Shown: one piece after another, positions 28,961-41,533 of the stretch
Layout of the letters: each line of letters begins with the position of its first letter
Position numbering within the stretch: position 1 is the first letter of the stretch
Origin: Haliotis cracherodii
Lineage: Eukaryota
Direction of reading: 5' to 3'
Assembly (NCBI RefSeq): GCF_022045235.1
Contig: NW_027266271.1
Location: 5,394,001-5,458,000, forward strand
DNA length: 64,000 bases
Notes under the pieces: model-generated
Told to the model about the DNA's origin: nothing
What the model saw: the letters and a program-made list of their open reading frames with translations, nothing else
The model's database searches: none
Program-made: the position numbers and the translations under genes

Positions 28961-30456
28961 TGGTCACATACAGTTGTTCACCTAAATGAAACAATTTGTT
29001 GTGATAAACAGCTAACATAAACCTAGGACCTGACCCTAGGTGTGTCTAAGTATGCAAGAACATGCATGAGGTCAACATGACTCAATATCTGACACTAACA
29101 TACTGATGGAAAAGAATAAGGGAACAGTTAGTGTTAGGCACAGTAAAATGATATGCTATCATGGGTTCCCAGCCTTGTCTACCAAATACACAGAAACAAG
29201 GTGTTGAATTTGTGTGCGCGTTACTTCAAATGTACTGACAGTAAAGCTTATTTCCCTATATTTTTCATTGTTTCCTTATTCCTTTCCATCAGAGTATGTT
29301 CTACCAGAGCCAGTAATCCCCCTTGTCATGCCTGTAAGTACCATATAGTATCTCAGTATTATCCCATATTGCAAATTGTAGATTATGTCACACAAATTGT
29401 GTTTCTGTGCCTGTATGCCTACAATCAACAGGGTGATGGTGTCTTCATCTAATGATTATACTGCTAAGTTAAAACATTTTTGTTCTGCAATTGGATGTTG
29501 TTCGTGTCTGATGGAAGCAAGTTTACAAGTTTAGTAGCTAGTGACTTATTACTTAAATATTTCAAAAGCACATGACTACTGGCTGGTATTGCTCCATGGA
29601 GATGACAACTTCTGGGGCATTATCTTGACTACACCGGCTCCACATGGCCCAGTGTGCCTGCAGCCACAAGACACCGGCTAATCAATTTGAGCAGACACAT
29701 CAAAGACAACTGTGGAGTGATAGAGATGAAATAATAATGTTACTTGGCTGAGATTAAGTACCTTGTAGCTTGACAGCCAGGTGTCATAAATGGCACACAT
29801 TTCAACTGCCATTATGAAGACTGCCCCTACAGGCAGCCACTCTCATCCTATAGTCTTCTTGAAAATCACACACTTTATATCTAATTCAATGTTGTTTTAC
29901 AAAAAGAAACAAAATTCACTGTCAAAGTTACATTAAAACTCAGAGACAATCATTGCAGAGAAACAAGAATATAGCTGATTTCTTTACTACTGTACATGGA
30001 ATGAACAACAGCTTAGGACACTGGTGTTCCAGTCACACAGCCCTGTGCCAAGAACATTCATGTCATTGAAAGGTATGAATTGATTAGAATAAAAAACTAC
30101 ACAAACAATTATTTCAATATATTAGATGTCACAACCACACCAATTATATTTAATTTAGCAACTTCACCCCATGATAATGTTTACACTCAAAGTACTATAT
30201 ATGCAGTATTATGATTATGATGCAATGTTTTAGATTTGCAGTAAAAGAACAAGATAGTGGGGCCATGCGGTCTACAAGTGATGGACATTTAATGACATAA
30301 TAGGCTAGGGAGCATGGTTTCTTGGAAATCTACATGACATTCACCTTGTCAAACCAAATAGCCTACTTTATGCAAAGACATTTCTATCGTACATATCCAG
30401 TTCAAAGTTCAGAGATTGTATGCTGCACTTTATGACATTGACTTTTAGAAACTCAC

Positions 30457-30960
30457 TCTAACATGTGGTGCTCTGTGAATAAACATGAACTGTGAACATA
30501 TATGACAATTACAGTTCCTACTACTGCTGCTGTTGCTACTGTTGCTGCTGCTGCTGCTACACATGGGCACAATGTGTGGAGATTATACCAGTGAGCTACA
30601 ATACGCTTCACCTCAGAAATAATGTCCTTGAAGCTCAGTATGGGCTCAGACAACTGCTGCCAGTCTCCTCCTGACTGAATGCATTACCTGCAATGAACAA
30701 GTGTGCCACTGAACTAATATTTGATGAGCACACCCTGGCTCTGCAGCTCTCTCTGTGATCCAGGGCTTGCCAAACAAGTGTGCAGCAAGCATGAGGACAA
30801 TTGCCCACTCCTGGCCATTGAGAGAAGCGAGGTGATCTTGCTGGGCTGACTCAGAGAGCACAGGTAAACAGGTGCTCCACACGACCGACACACTGACTGC
30901 CGGGCAGCAGGGGACATGATGCGCCCTGCACCGTGTCATGACTCACAGTATAAAGTCTCC
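30457..30960 (-). other. Candidate alternative 5' exon / promoter-proximal segment of a minus-strand host gene
   Basis: A GC-richer unique segment with CAG-like triplets ends in CACCAC-ATG-TTA-GA|GTGAGT (donor at 30456). Internal TTGCAG|GTAATG at 30687/30688 and TGACTCA near 30940. Motif evidence only. Confidence 0.3.
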
Positions 30961-31934
30961 CATCCTGTTTGAACACCTCCAATAGACGGTCACTGTGTTT
31001 ATGACTGGGAATGCATGGTGACAGATCACATTAATTCATGACATTAATTCTTGTATTGCAAGGTTAGTTTTGGAGCCATAGTATAGTTAAAATAAGAACA
31101 ACATAATAAAATCTCTCTCTCTCCTCTATACACAATGTTCCCTGCTTGAGAAATGCATTCATAGTGGCATGCATAAATGCATTATTCATGGTTGGGATTA
31201 GGTATGAAGCCAGTGTGAATCATATGATGGCCTGAACAGAGAAAGGTGACATTTCTACTCTATCAACATCACAAAGAGTCTATTCAGATCACATTTCAAC
31301 TTTCTTACGCACACAATACCTCTGTAAGTAGATGACAATCTTCTTGAACTACATGTTAAAAAACAGTACACTTATAATTGGCACAGATGAACAGATCAGA
31401 ACAGGCTGGGCATTTGTTTTCCAGCCCTATATAGACATATAAGGTGCACCTATTCTTCAATTTAACTGCACACTTGTTAATGAGATGCACACCTGTCAGG
31501 TGTTGGTACAACCAGACCTTGCTATATCTTCCGTCAGCATCTACATGCCAACTGTCAGTTCTCTTCTAACTGTGTTTGCTCACCACCAGCCAGGAAACAT
31601 TGTCTGGTCGTTTGTCTCCTGTGTTGTAGTCTAGGTATTTCAAGCCAGGCAGATCAGAAACTATCACGAGTCCTCAATGAATTGTTGTATCTCCCCATCA
31701 CAATTTTTCAAAAGCTAACAACATAAAATACATAATGCCATATCATTTTCATTTCATCAGAATTTTTTTTTTTCATTTACTTTTATTATTTAGTTATTTT
31801 ACTTTTGTTCGTTGAAGGCTGGATCTGTTAAAGATAATATTCCTCAACTATGATTAGAACCCTAAAACCAGCTGTGCCTGCCTCATCCTAACCCACCTCG
31901 AACTACCAAACACCGCCTCACTCTATTGTCTCTA

Positions 31935-32030
31935 TCCAGTAACATCACTGTGGGGACATCACAAATCAAGGTGAGGACCTGAATTTGGGCCTTCTGCATG
32001 ATGAGCAAATGCTTTAAGTGCCAGCATGCC
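31935..32030 (-). mobile_element. Degenerate tRNA-derived SINE (head and core)
   Basis: TCCAGTAACATCACTGTGGGGACATCACAAAT..GAATTTGGGCCTTCTGCATGATGAGCAAATGCTTTAA looks like a CpG-decayed reverse complement of a tRNA-type A/B-box SINE head. Recognised from memory, not aligned. Confidence 0.5.
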
Positions 32031-34991
32031 ATAACTTACCTCCATATGTAGTCAACAGTTTATAATGTAAACAGAAATAGCCACTTAACAAAACGATGCC
32101 AACATTGATATTTAAAAATTACCTGCATAAATATTGAGTACTACATATTAACATTAACTATCTAATGATATGAACAAAATATGATGTCCCAACAAACAGG
32201 GACATACATGCCAAAGTTCAGCTCCATCAGTCTGGCAATTTCAGAGAAGAAATTACAGCGCCAATTAAGCGTTTTGAGAGATTAACCTTTAGCCTGCTGA
32301 ATTGTTTTAGCAAAAGGCACAGTAAAGAGGGAGGACGATTTCAAACAGTCAGTGCTTCATTAAACAAAGACCAACTGAAGAAATAATTCTTGATAAAAGA
32401 TTTGCAGGAAACAATAAATGACTTATAAATATTCACCAATCTTAAGTGTTTTGGTTGCATATTTACAATATATGAAAATACAAATCCCATGTCGCAATGC
32501 TAGCAAACGTACGATAATCAAACATGGCATGCCCCGCCCAACCTCAGCATAACTTATTGCTATATTAATATCAACAAAGTTTTCATTGCCTTCATATATA
32601 TATGCCTTGGCAAAAGTTGACAATCATATCAATCAAATAAAGTTTCATTTGTCATTTTCTGTTCAATATTGATGAAAACCGAAATTAAACATCATAAAAC
32701 CTGACAGCAATATTTCAGTAAGTGCAAAGGTCACTGGATGTGATGTCACAGACGGGTATAGTTCTTCTGATAACCGTTTGTTACAAAACAATTAAAGAAT
32801 AAACACAAATGACTACATAGTATCAGTAATCACCACTAATATGAAATAACAATGTGACTTTGTAAAAATAATGGGCGATCTTCTTGAATTTATCTTCCCT
32901 TCACTAACCCGCTAGGTGCGCTGACCCGGACGGTCCAACCTTAATATGTTGGCGCATGTGCTGTGTGCAATACGAGCGCTACATGTTACTATCACCCCTA
33001 TAGACATTTAACCAGTATAGCCTTTACCAATGTCGACAACGGTCACGCAGGTGTATGGACAATATATCTTTTCGCCTAAACAATGATCTACCTATTGTCA
33101 TGTCCGGAAATAGATGTTCCTTGATTCAATGATACATCGGGGATGACCACAACTGATTATATTGTGTAGTTAACCACCAGATAGCTGTTCGAAGCGAGCC
33201 GGTGATCGTTCATTTCAGGTCGCTTTTTTTTAAATTTTGCAATCGGTTCTGAAAATGTTGCTCTTGATGTTTGAATATCACACTTTTAAAAATGATGCAG
33301 ATTTTCATTGTACACCTTCCCATATCTATGTTGTAGTATCACCATGCTGGCTACATCATATGCATGCATTTCAGTACAGCAGTTAGGCGATGCGGGGTGC
33401 GAAATGTGAAGGTCTTATGCAACGTAAAAGTTGCCAGTAGCCTAAATGTTTTGAATTTTGACAGCAACACATGTAAGAATTTATCAGGTATATAACAGAA
33501 AGAAGGGTGAAATGTTTTCAAGAAATTCTAAAAGAAACAGGCACTGACAAATTATTTCATCAACCAGTTATCATAATACAATGTTCAGTATTAAAGAAAT
33601 GGAAATCACTGAAATCTTTATAGAGTGAGGGCCAAACTGTATGAATCTCGGAGCTTGCGAAAGTCAATTCTTATAATGTTTTGTATCACTATTTTGTACC
33701 GCAAAGGATGTACACCTTGATCTATACGCAATATTTTGTATGTGTGACTTCATGTTTACACTGACAGCCATACAACAACCAGCTGTATCGCGGAATAAAA
33801 TAGTTCCTCAAAATGAGAGGCGACATGAATGTATGTGACATGCTCAACATGCTCTACAGGAACAACTTTTGTAGTTTCTTTACAACAAATGTATTCAAAC
33901 AATATCATAAGATCAGAAATGTCTGTTAAGAACTACTTTAGTAAGTCAGTCACAATGACAGCACGTCGCGATACATTTACATCAAGTACAAGACGTCAAA
34001 ATGACCAACATGATAAACATGACGGGAGAGATCTCGGAAGTTGTTAATGAACCTGTGGCGGTTACATGTTTTAGTCATCAGTGATCAACTGGTCGATCAT
34101 TCAAAGGTGATTAAAGATGTGTTAATTAGACACTAAGGTAAATTCATAGATGGCTGAAGACTGTCACTGTCAGCCTAGACACGGATCGAGTCGATACTTC
34201 GATATTTTGGATGTGCATTTCTTCATTTTGTTCACTCTAGGTTCGGCCGCAGCAAGGATATTCGTTAACGATCGTGCATTCAAACTCTCTGACGTTGCTC
34301 AAAGTATACTCAAACGCTGAGTTTAAGAATAAAGGGTAAAAATGATCAGAAAGAACCCTTCTGTGTGAATTTGTGCAAGGGAATTCCCAGGGGTTTCCCC
34401 AGTAATGTGGAAGTAGTCCATCAGTGTTTACGTCATTTCATTTGAAAAACGTATGAAAGTCGAATTGTGTCGCTCGTACACTTATGAACGTCATGTGACT
34501 GACCTCTCGTCCAATGGAAAAGCCATATATTGTGTAAACTTCAAATTAAAAAATGATATTAGTTTAAATACATATTCAAGGGTTCTTATATCAACTACAA
34601 TTTTTCATCTGAGAACAATATATTTATACTAACTTTCAATCTATATAATGATGTATTGCAGTGTCCACATCCAGTTTGCTTTGCCAATCATCAGATGATT
34701 GTAATACAGATAGAACTCATTCTTAATTTCAATAGGCCTTGAGTATTAGTATTAGATTACTTTTTAGCAGTCATTATCTGTGACTGAACTGCATGTTATG
34801 GCAGTAAAGAAAAGTAACATATAAAAGGACTCTAGTATACTTTCATGTTTGAAGAACTAATCAATTCACTGTGGGAGCATTTTTAATTACTTACATAAGT
34901 CACTTAGATCTTTGTAAGGTCAAAATAGATCCAAATTAAAATAAGATCAAATTAAGGAGTCTAATTCTTTTCAGTCTATCTGTCTAAAGTC

Positions 34992-35100
34992 CAGTCTCAT
35001 TTATCAGGCAATATGTAAACTGACTGAAAATTTAAGACAATATATTACATAGCCTGCCTGGTTCAGTCAATATATACATATTGCCTGATTATAGACACTG
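34992..35100. repeat. Imperfect inverted repeat / hairpin
   Basis: ATCAGGCAATATGTA..TGACTGAA (35003) pairs with TTCAGTCA..TACATATTGCCTGAT (ends 35089). Confidence 0.7.
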
Positions 35101-37365
35101 ACTGTAACATATATACGTATAATCTGTCATTTGCAAAAACAAATAACATAAATAAATGCATTTATCTACATGGAATGATTGTGGGGGTAAATTTGCATTT
35201 ATATCATCAAAATATTTGATAATAAACTTTCCATCTAATAAATAGACTTAATCCTACAGGTGTCTTGAAGTACTGTTGAATGAAAATCAGGATCCATAGC
35301 TGCAGCAGTATAGTCTATGGGTTGTAAGGGAAATAACTTGTCAACATAATAATAAATATTGTTACTAAAACAAGAAGATACAACTATGATTTACATCTAT
35401 TTATGTATCAAACATGTCTTGTGGGGGGAGTCAGTATGACTTGTTGTTTGTTTGGACAGATATCTGTTATTTACTACTATGTTAAGAGCATGAGTATCAG
35501 AATTCTGTAAGAAATGATGGATCAATAAATCAACACCTGTGATGACTCAGAGCACTTACTTGTGGGACGCATTATGTAAGGAGCAGAATAATATGGGTAA
35601 ATCGTTTACTTCAAGGTATGATGACTGGTATGTATAGTGCAACTGAGCAACTGATTGCTTGATAGGTGCATGGTAGATTTTCATTTGGCAACAAATGTTC
35701 ATATATTAAACTAATAATCACGACAAAATATGTGCTAGATAAATATATTCAGTTGTAAACAACCATTTTTGAATGAAGGTGCAACAGGGTAACGCTTTAG
35801 CTTGGCTCCGTCTCTACATGTTACTAGTTGTCGCAGCACACATTGATCTGAGAAACAGACCAGAAGCGACATGTTGCACCGGTTCTTATATCATTTCAAA
35901 AGGAGAGTTATTGCCCTTTGGAACAAAATGATCACCCATTGGTGTATCATTTAATCTGTTTGGCCTTGTAGTCCGTAGTAACGGTAAATGATGAATCAAC
36001 GTGCCAAATGCAAGTTTCTCGGTATTTTTTATTGAACTTTTGATAGATAAGGATCACCATTCATAACTTGCATCCAATCAATGATATTACAATTCAGATT
36101 GTTTTTGTTTATAATTAATTATATCAAAAATTGTGTATTTTAAGAAATTAAGAAACATGAGTGTTTTCTTTTCTTCAGGTAACAAAAACTCATGATCGAG
36201 TGTGAAAAATGATAAAATCATAAAGTAAATATCGGACTGCATGCCGCTCAACGTGAACTGCCAAAAGTCAACAAAGGCTGTTTCTGGTAGTTATATGTGC
36301 CGATAAATTTGGTCGATACTTTTTTAGCTCGCAAACACACACACAAATTAGGGAAAGCATGTGTGTTTGTTAATAGGAAGACAAAAATGACCAAATATAC
36401 CATTAATTAATAATCATTATAAGGTGTAAACTTGCTCTTGACCTCCACCCAGTGATCCAATAGCTAATCTACTGGCAATACACATTACCAGTTAATCAGA
36501 AGAGTGCAACAGACTGCCCTCACTTTTCACTGGCAATTTGTCAGGCCATCTGTATGAAGTGATACAACAAGTGAAAGCTTTCCCAGATATCATAGATATC
36601 ACAGTCATTACTCCATCATAGTCAATTGTAAATTGACATAACCATCATGCAGGATATTGGAACAACTGTCACAGCTGACACGTCATGATAGTCAAATAAA
36701 CAAGAATTCAGCTATGTCAATTCCACAGCTAATGGTTCTCCATTCATTTCAGCAACCTTATCTATCTTATTTCATGTAAACATCACACTGGTGTATCTTA
36801 TTACTTTATATTTGCAAGAGCTGCCTCAAAGAGACGGCTCCCATATTCCATGTGAAATCACAATGGCTGCTTTGTACCCGCTATTCTGATTAACACGATG
36901 CAGAAGCAAAATCATTTAGACATAACAAAAACAACATATTCATAAAAACAAAATTCCTGGCAGTGAAATAGCTTAGACTACCCATCTGGCTCCATGAATG
37001 AGGAAGTACTTGCTCACAGCAGTAAAGCATATGTTGGGACTATTGTGCCACAAGGGTGCAATGCAGGACTATCACACAGACAGAAATAGTTGGGTAATGT
37101 CGAGTGATGGTCACAAGCGAGACAGTCACTGACATTAACAAAAGGCAATCATAAACAGCAGCACCGGATTACTCTTGTACAAAATATATTGTCAATAACT
37201 GAAAACATGGACAGCTTCTTCAACAGACGGCTATGATCTAAGATATGCTCTTCTCCCTTGTTGTGTAAAAGGTTAATGACACCACCAACATTCCTGGACT
37301 GCACTGTGTCCAACCCAGCTCAACTGTCCACAGGCATGCTTCCCACTGTTGGTAACATGGCTACA

Positions 37366-37820
37366 CAACACTGGCGTCAAACCAGACAGTTCACATACAC
37401 CACCCTGTCACAATACTGGCGTCAAACCAGACAGTTCACATACACCACCCTGTCACAATACTGGCATCAAACCAGACAGTTCACATACACCACCCTGTCA
37501 CAATACTGGCGTCAAACCAGACAGTTCACATACACCACCCTGTCACAATACTGGCGTCAAACCAGACAGTTCACTTACACCACCCTGTCACAATACTGGC
37601 GTCAAACCAGACAGTTCACATACACCACCCTGTCACAATACTGGCGTCAAACCAGACAGTTCACATACACCACCCTGTCACAATACTGGCGTCAAACCAG
37701 ACAGTTCACATACACCACCCTGTCACAATACTGGCGTCAAACCAGACAGTTCACATACACCACCCTGTCACAATACTGGCGTCAAACCAGACAGTTCACA
37801 TACACCACCCTGTCACAATA
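37366..37820. repeat. Minisatellite, near-perfect 45-bp unit (CAATACTGGCGTCAAACCAGACAGTTCACATACACCACCCTGTCA), ~10 copies
   Basis: Direct 45-bp periodicity with very few substitutions. Confidence 0.97.
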
Positions 37821-38392
37821 CTACTACCACAGTTAAAATACACCACTTTGTAGAAATACTACTACCACACAGTGAAAAATACACCACCCTGTAGAAATAC
37901 TACCAGTCAGTTAACATATACCACCCTGTCACAATACTACTACCACAGTTAAAATACACCACTCTGTAGAAATACTACTACCACACAGTGAAAAATACAC
38001 CACCCTGTAGAAATACTACCAGTCAGTTAACATATACCACCCTGTCACAAAACTATTACCACAGTTAAAATACACCACTCTGTAGAAATACTACTACCAC
38101 ACAGTGAAAAATACACCACCCTGTAGAAATACTACCAGTCAGTTAACATATACCACCCTGTCACAATACCTCTACCACACTATGAAAAATACACCACCCT
38201 GTAGAAATACTACTACCACAGAGTGACAAATACACCACCCTGTAGAAATACTACTACCACACAGTGAAAAATACACCAGCCTCTAGAAATACTACCAGTC
38301 AGTTAACATATACCACCCTGTCACAATACTACTACCAGTCAGTTAACATACACCACCCTGTAGAAATACTACTACCACACAGTTAACATATG
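37821..38392. repeat. Related ~38-41-bp unit array with three-unit higher-order structure
   Basis: Units share TACACCACCCTGT with the 45-mer. An A-B-C order (..CAGTTAAAA / CAGTGAAAAA / CAGTCAGTTAACA..) repeats about three times. Confidence 0.85.
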
Positions 38393-38400
38393 TACATTAC

Positions 38401-38461
38401 CTTGTAGTAATGCCACAAGTAGACACAAGTTCAATATACTTTGTAATATTCCTTTCAACAT
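38401..38461 (-). CDS. Candidate signal-peptide-coding exon (MLKGILQSILNLCLLVALLQ, phase-1 donor) of an unidentified secreted or membrane protein
   Basis: AAC-ATG start context with an in-frame TAG upstream; basic n-region and Leu-rich h-region; donor AAG|GTAATG at 38400; acceptor CTTCTGTTCTTCAG just upstream (~38484). No homology or transcript evidence. Confidence 0.35.
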
Positions 38462-39378
38462 GTTGAGGATTACCAGCCATCTTCTGAAGAACAGAAGTAT
38501 CTTATCTTCCCATTTCAAAGTGTTTTTCTAACAGAACAGCCAGTTTGAAACAGAATAGATTATATGCAATGGGAGTGTGTCCTTTGTTATAGAATAAGTT
38601 ATGCAGCCAGTTCATGGGTGTGCAGGATCTCGAGGACCCAGTCAGCAAGACAAGAGTCACTTCCTGCTTGTGTTACCTATGGTTATGTGGAGCTTTTCCC
38701 CAAAGTGTGTCCCTGTAGACTCCAATGCCTGTATGGGCTACATGACAAAAGGGCCTACATTCCTTATCTTATCCAGTTGAATGCATTGTGCAGATATCAT
38801 CTCAAAGTCAGCTTTGTCTGCCAGAGAACTTCAATGCACCAATATGACTTGAGAGATGCCATTCTGGGATTCCTATTACAACTCTTTTCTGCTCTCCATT
38901 TTTCTTTTCCTGGCGCAAGCAGGATGCTACCTCTCCAGTGTTAAACTGTTACAACAAGACAAGGAACCAAGTAATCACTTCACAGTCTGTTATGCAAATG
39001 TGAATGTTAAACCCAGCCAAAGTGTTCTCCATATTTGGCAAAGTCTTTGAGACAATTTCATTGATTATAATAAAATCACAAATTGTGTTTTTATATGACA
39101 CACTGCTGTATTACTATAGCATAGGAAGATGAAGCGATTGTTAACTCTATCCTTCTTAGTAGGTTCTGACCATATTTCCTGTCTAATATAATCACTGTCA
39201 TTTTCATCCAGTTACCAACATTCCCATTAGGATCATGCATGACTAGGAGCTCACCGTATGGAGTACAGATCTGCAGATAACAAACACATATATATATCGC
39301 CTTCAAAGATCTAAAAAATAGTTTAGGCAACACTATCAACAGTCTCTTGTTGGCATTTCACTAAGAAAATTGATTGAT

Positions 39379-39445
39379 GAGAATAACTCTAAGTTTGCAT
39401 ATACATATATCTATATATATATATGCAAACTTAAGAGTTATTCTC
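39379..39445. repeat. Near-perfect palindrome with (TA)-rich centre
   Basis: GAGAATAACTCT-AAGTTTGCATATA pairs with TATATGCAAACTTAAGAGTTATTCTC. Confidence 0.85.
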
Positions 39446-40126
39446 TATATATATTCACATATATATAAACACTGCCGTTTTGTGTCGCCTATGACAACGT
39501 TAAAAGTTTTCATTACACCTGAAAAGCCGTTCAGCGGCAAAAGATCTTGTGTGCATGATGGAGTTTTGACAAGCACTATAATTTATATATATATTTCTTT
39601 CTCTGCCAGTACATTAAAGTTTCAACTTCTTATCCTTTCATTATGTATAAGCACTAATGAAAGCTGTTAGTGTTGTATCTGTAACATGCGACATGGCATC
39701 TGTACATTATTTCTTATTTCGAGGGATGTCTTGTCACACGATACATATCTTGATACAGAAGACATGATATGATACATATCTCAATACTGACCATACAACA
39801 TTTTGTGCGGAAAACCTAGTCATTTGACTTAGAAAAGAGTCAAGCGACTCACTCACAGGGTTGAAGAAGGACAACTGACCAAAAACCATCAAAATGACAT
39901 TGAGTCAAGTCAGCTATTCTGTATGAGAAAATAATAAAGAACAAGCAAGTCTCCTGTACTGTATCATGACAGGCAACAAGTAAAAACTGGTCAGTCTTGT
40001 TATCAAGCCGGTTTCATATCCGAAAAACTACCAAGAAAGTTAGGACTTAAAAAAATAGTTTAAATTTGTACTTACTTACTGATATTTGTATGAGATCAAC
40101 AAAGACAATCAATATGGGATTAAATG

Positions 40127-40765
40127 CATCTCCCCAAGGCAAGAGAGTTAACTGACTTTAAAAGTCCAGTTTCCACTCTTGCCGTACTAGGCTGGTATTA
40201 AGGAGTTACATTTTGGCTGGACTAAGGAGTCTATGCATAGTCCTATCAAAATCGTGCAACGAAATCGAAATCCAGTTCGGCAGATTTCGGTCGATTGCAG
40301 GATTTGCAAAACATGTGCACAGCCAACTCGTTGTCAGCAGATATTTTCCACGATACAATACCTGATACCCCTAATTTAGTCTTGATTAACATTTAACCCA
40401 TCTTCCCGAGGCAAGAGAGTTAACTGACTTTAAAAGTCCAGTTTCCACACTTGCCAAACTAGGCTGGAATTACTGGGCTCGATCTTAGCGCCACCAATGG
40501 CTATTACCAGTTATGTCCCTTCTTATCCTCTCCTATGGACCAATCAGATTCCGCCTGTCTTATCACTTGCATTTGCTCCACACAAAATGGTGGCGCCTGG
40601 TCAGGACGATCTGATCGATAATCAATATCTATATTGTGATAAAACAGGTCTTACATCGCGAAATGCATCAAAAACGTTGGCACCTTGATTACAAACTTAA
40701 AAAAGATTTGGAAAATATCTGCTGACAACCAGCTGGCGGTGCACATGCTTTGCAAATCCCGCAAT
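40127..40765. mobile_element. Cassette with interleaved direct and inverted repeats (A-B-A'-B inverted); non-autonomous element of uncertain family
   Basis: 74-bp direct repeat at 40127-40200 / 40399-40472 and ~57-bp inverted repeat at 40294-40350 / 40709-40765. Confidence 0.55.
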
Positions 40766-40774
40766 GGAAGATGG

Positions 40775-41533
40775 TGTGACCTACTCTATCGCATACTCTC
40801 TTCTGTGTGACCTACTCAAGGATAAACTCTCTTCTGTGTTACCTATTCAAGGATAAACTCTCTTCTGTGTGACCTACTCAAGGATAAACTCTCTTCTGTG
40901 TGACCTACTCAAGGATAAACTCTCTTCTGTGTGACCTACTCAAGGATAAACTCTCTTCTGTGTGACCTACTCAAGGATATACTCTCTTCTGCGTGACCTA
41001 CTCAAGGATATTGTCTCTTCTGTGTGACCTACTCTAGGATATACTCTCTTCTGTATGACCTACTCTAGGAATAAACTCTCTTCTGTGTGACCTACTCAAG
41101 GATAGTCTCTTCTGTGTGACCTACTCAAGGATATACTCTCTTCTGTGTGACCTACTCAAGGATATACTCTCTTCTGTGTGACCTACTCTAGGACTGTACT
41201 CTCTTCTGTGTGACCTACTCTAGGATATAGTCTCTTCTGTGTAACCTACTCTAGGATATAGTCTCTTCTGTGTGACCTACTCTAGGATAAAGTCTCTTCT
41301 GTGTGACCTTCTCAAGGATATACTCTCTTCTGTATGACCTACTCTAGGAATATTCTCTCTTCTGTGTGACCTATCCTGGGATATAGTCTCTTCTGTATGA
41401 CCTACTCAAGGATATACTCTCTTTTGTGTGACCTACTCAAGGATATACTCTCTTCTGTGTGACCTACTCAAGGATATACTCTCTTCTGTGTGACCTACTC
41501 AAGGATATAGTCTCTTCTGTGTGACCTACTCTA
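40775..41533. repeat. Minisatellite, ~31-bp unit (GTGTGACCTACTCAAGGATAAACTCTCTTCT), ~24 copies
   Basis: Direct periodicity with 29-32-bp variants. Confidence 0.96.

Noticed and set aside
32030-32130. Minus-strand GCAG|GTAATT and GAG|GTAAGT pair as a small exon
   Set aside because: The pyrimidine tract is poor, it sits next to a SINE relic, and no convincing reading frame results.
32283-34590. CpG-richer block with a TTAACCTTTAGCCTGCTG (piggyBac-like) left end and an AAGAACCCTT / AAGGGTTCTT pair
   Set aside because: Probably decayed transposon DNA, but I could not pair the ends or find a coding relic, so no family or boundaries are called.
36161-36185. Plus-strand TTTTCTTTTCTTCAG|GTAACA motif
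   Set aside because: The donor is weak, it lies on the opposite strand to the other signals, and it sits in CpG-richer TE-like DNA. It does show that AG|GT motifs can arise by chance, which tempers the 47.3-kb call.
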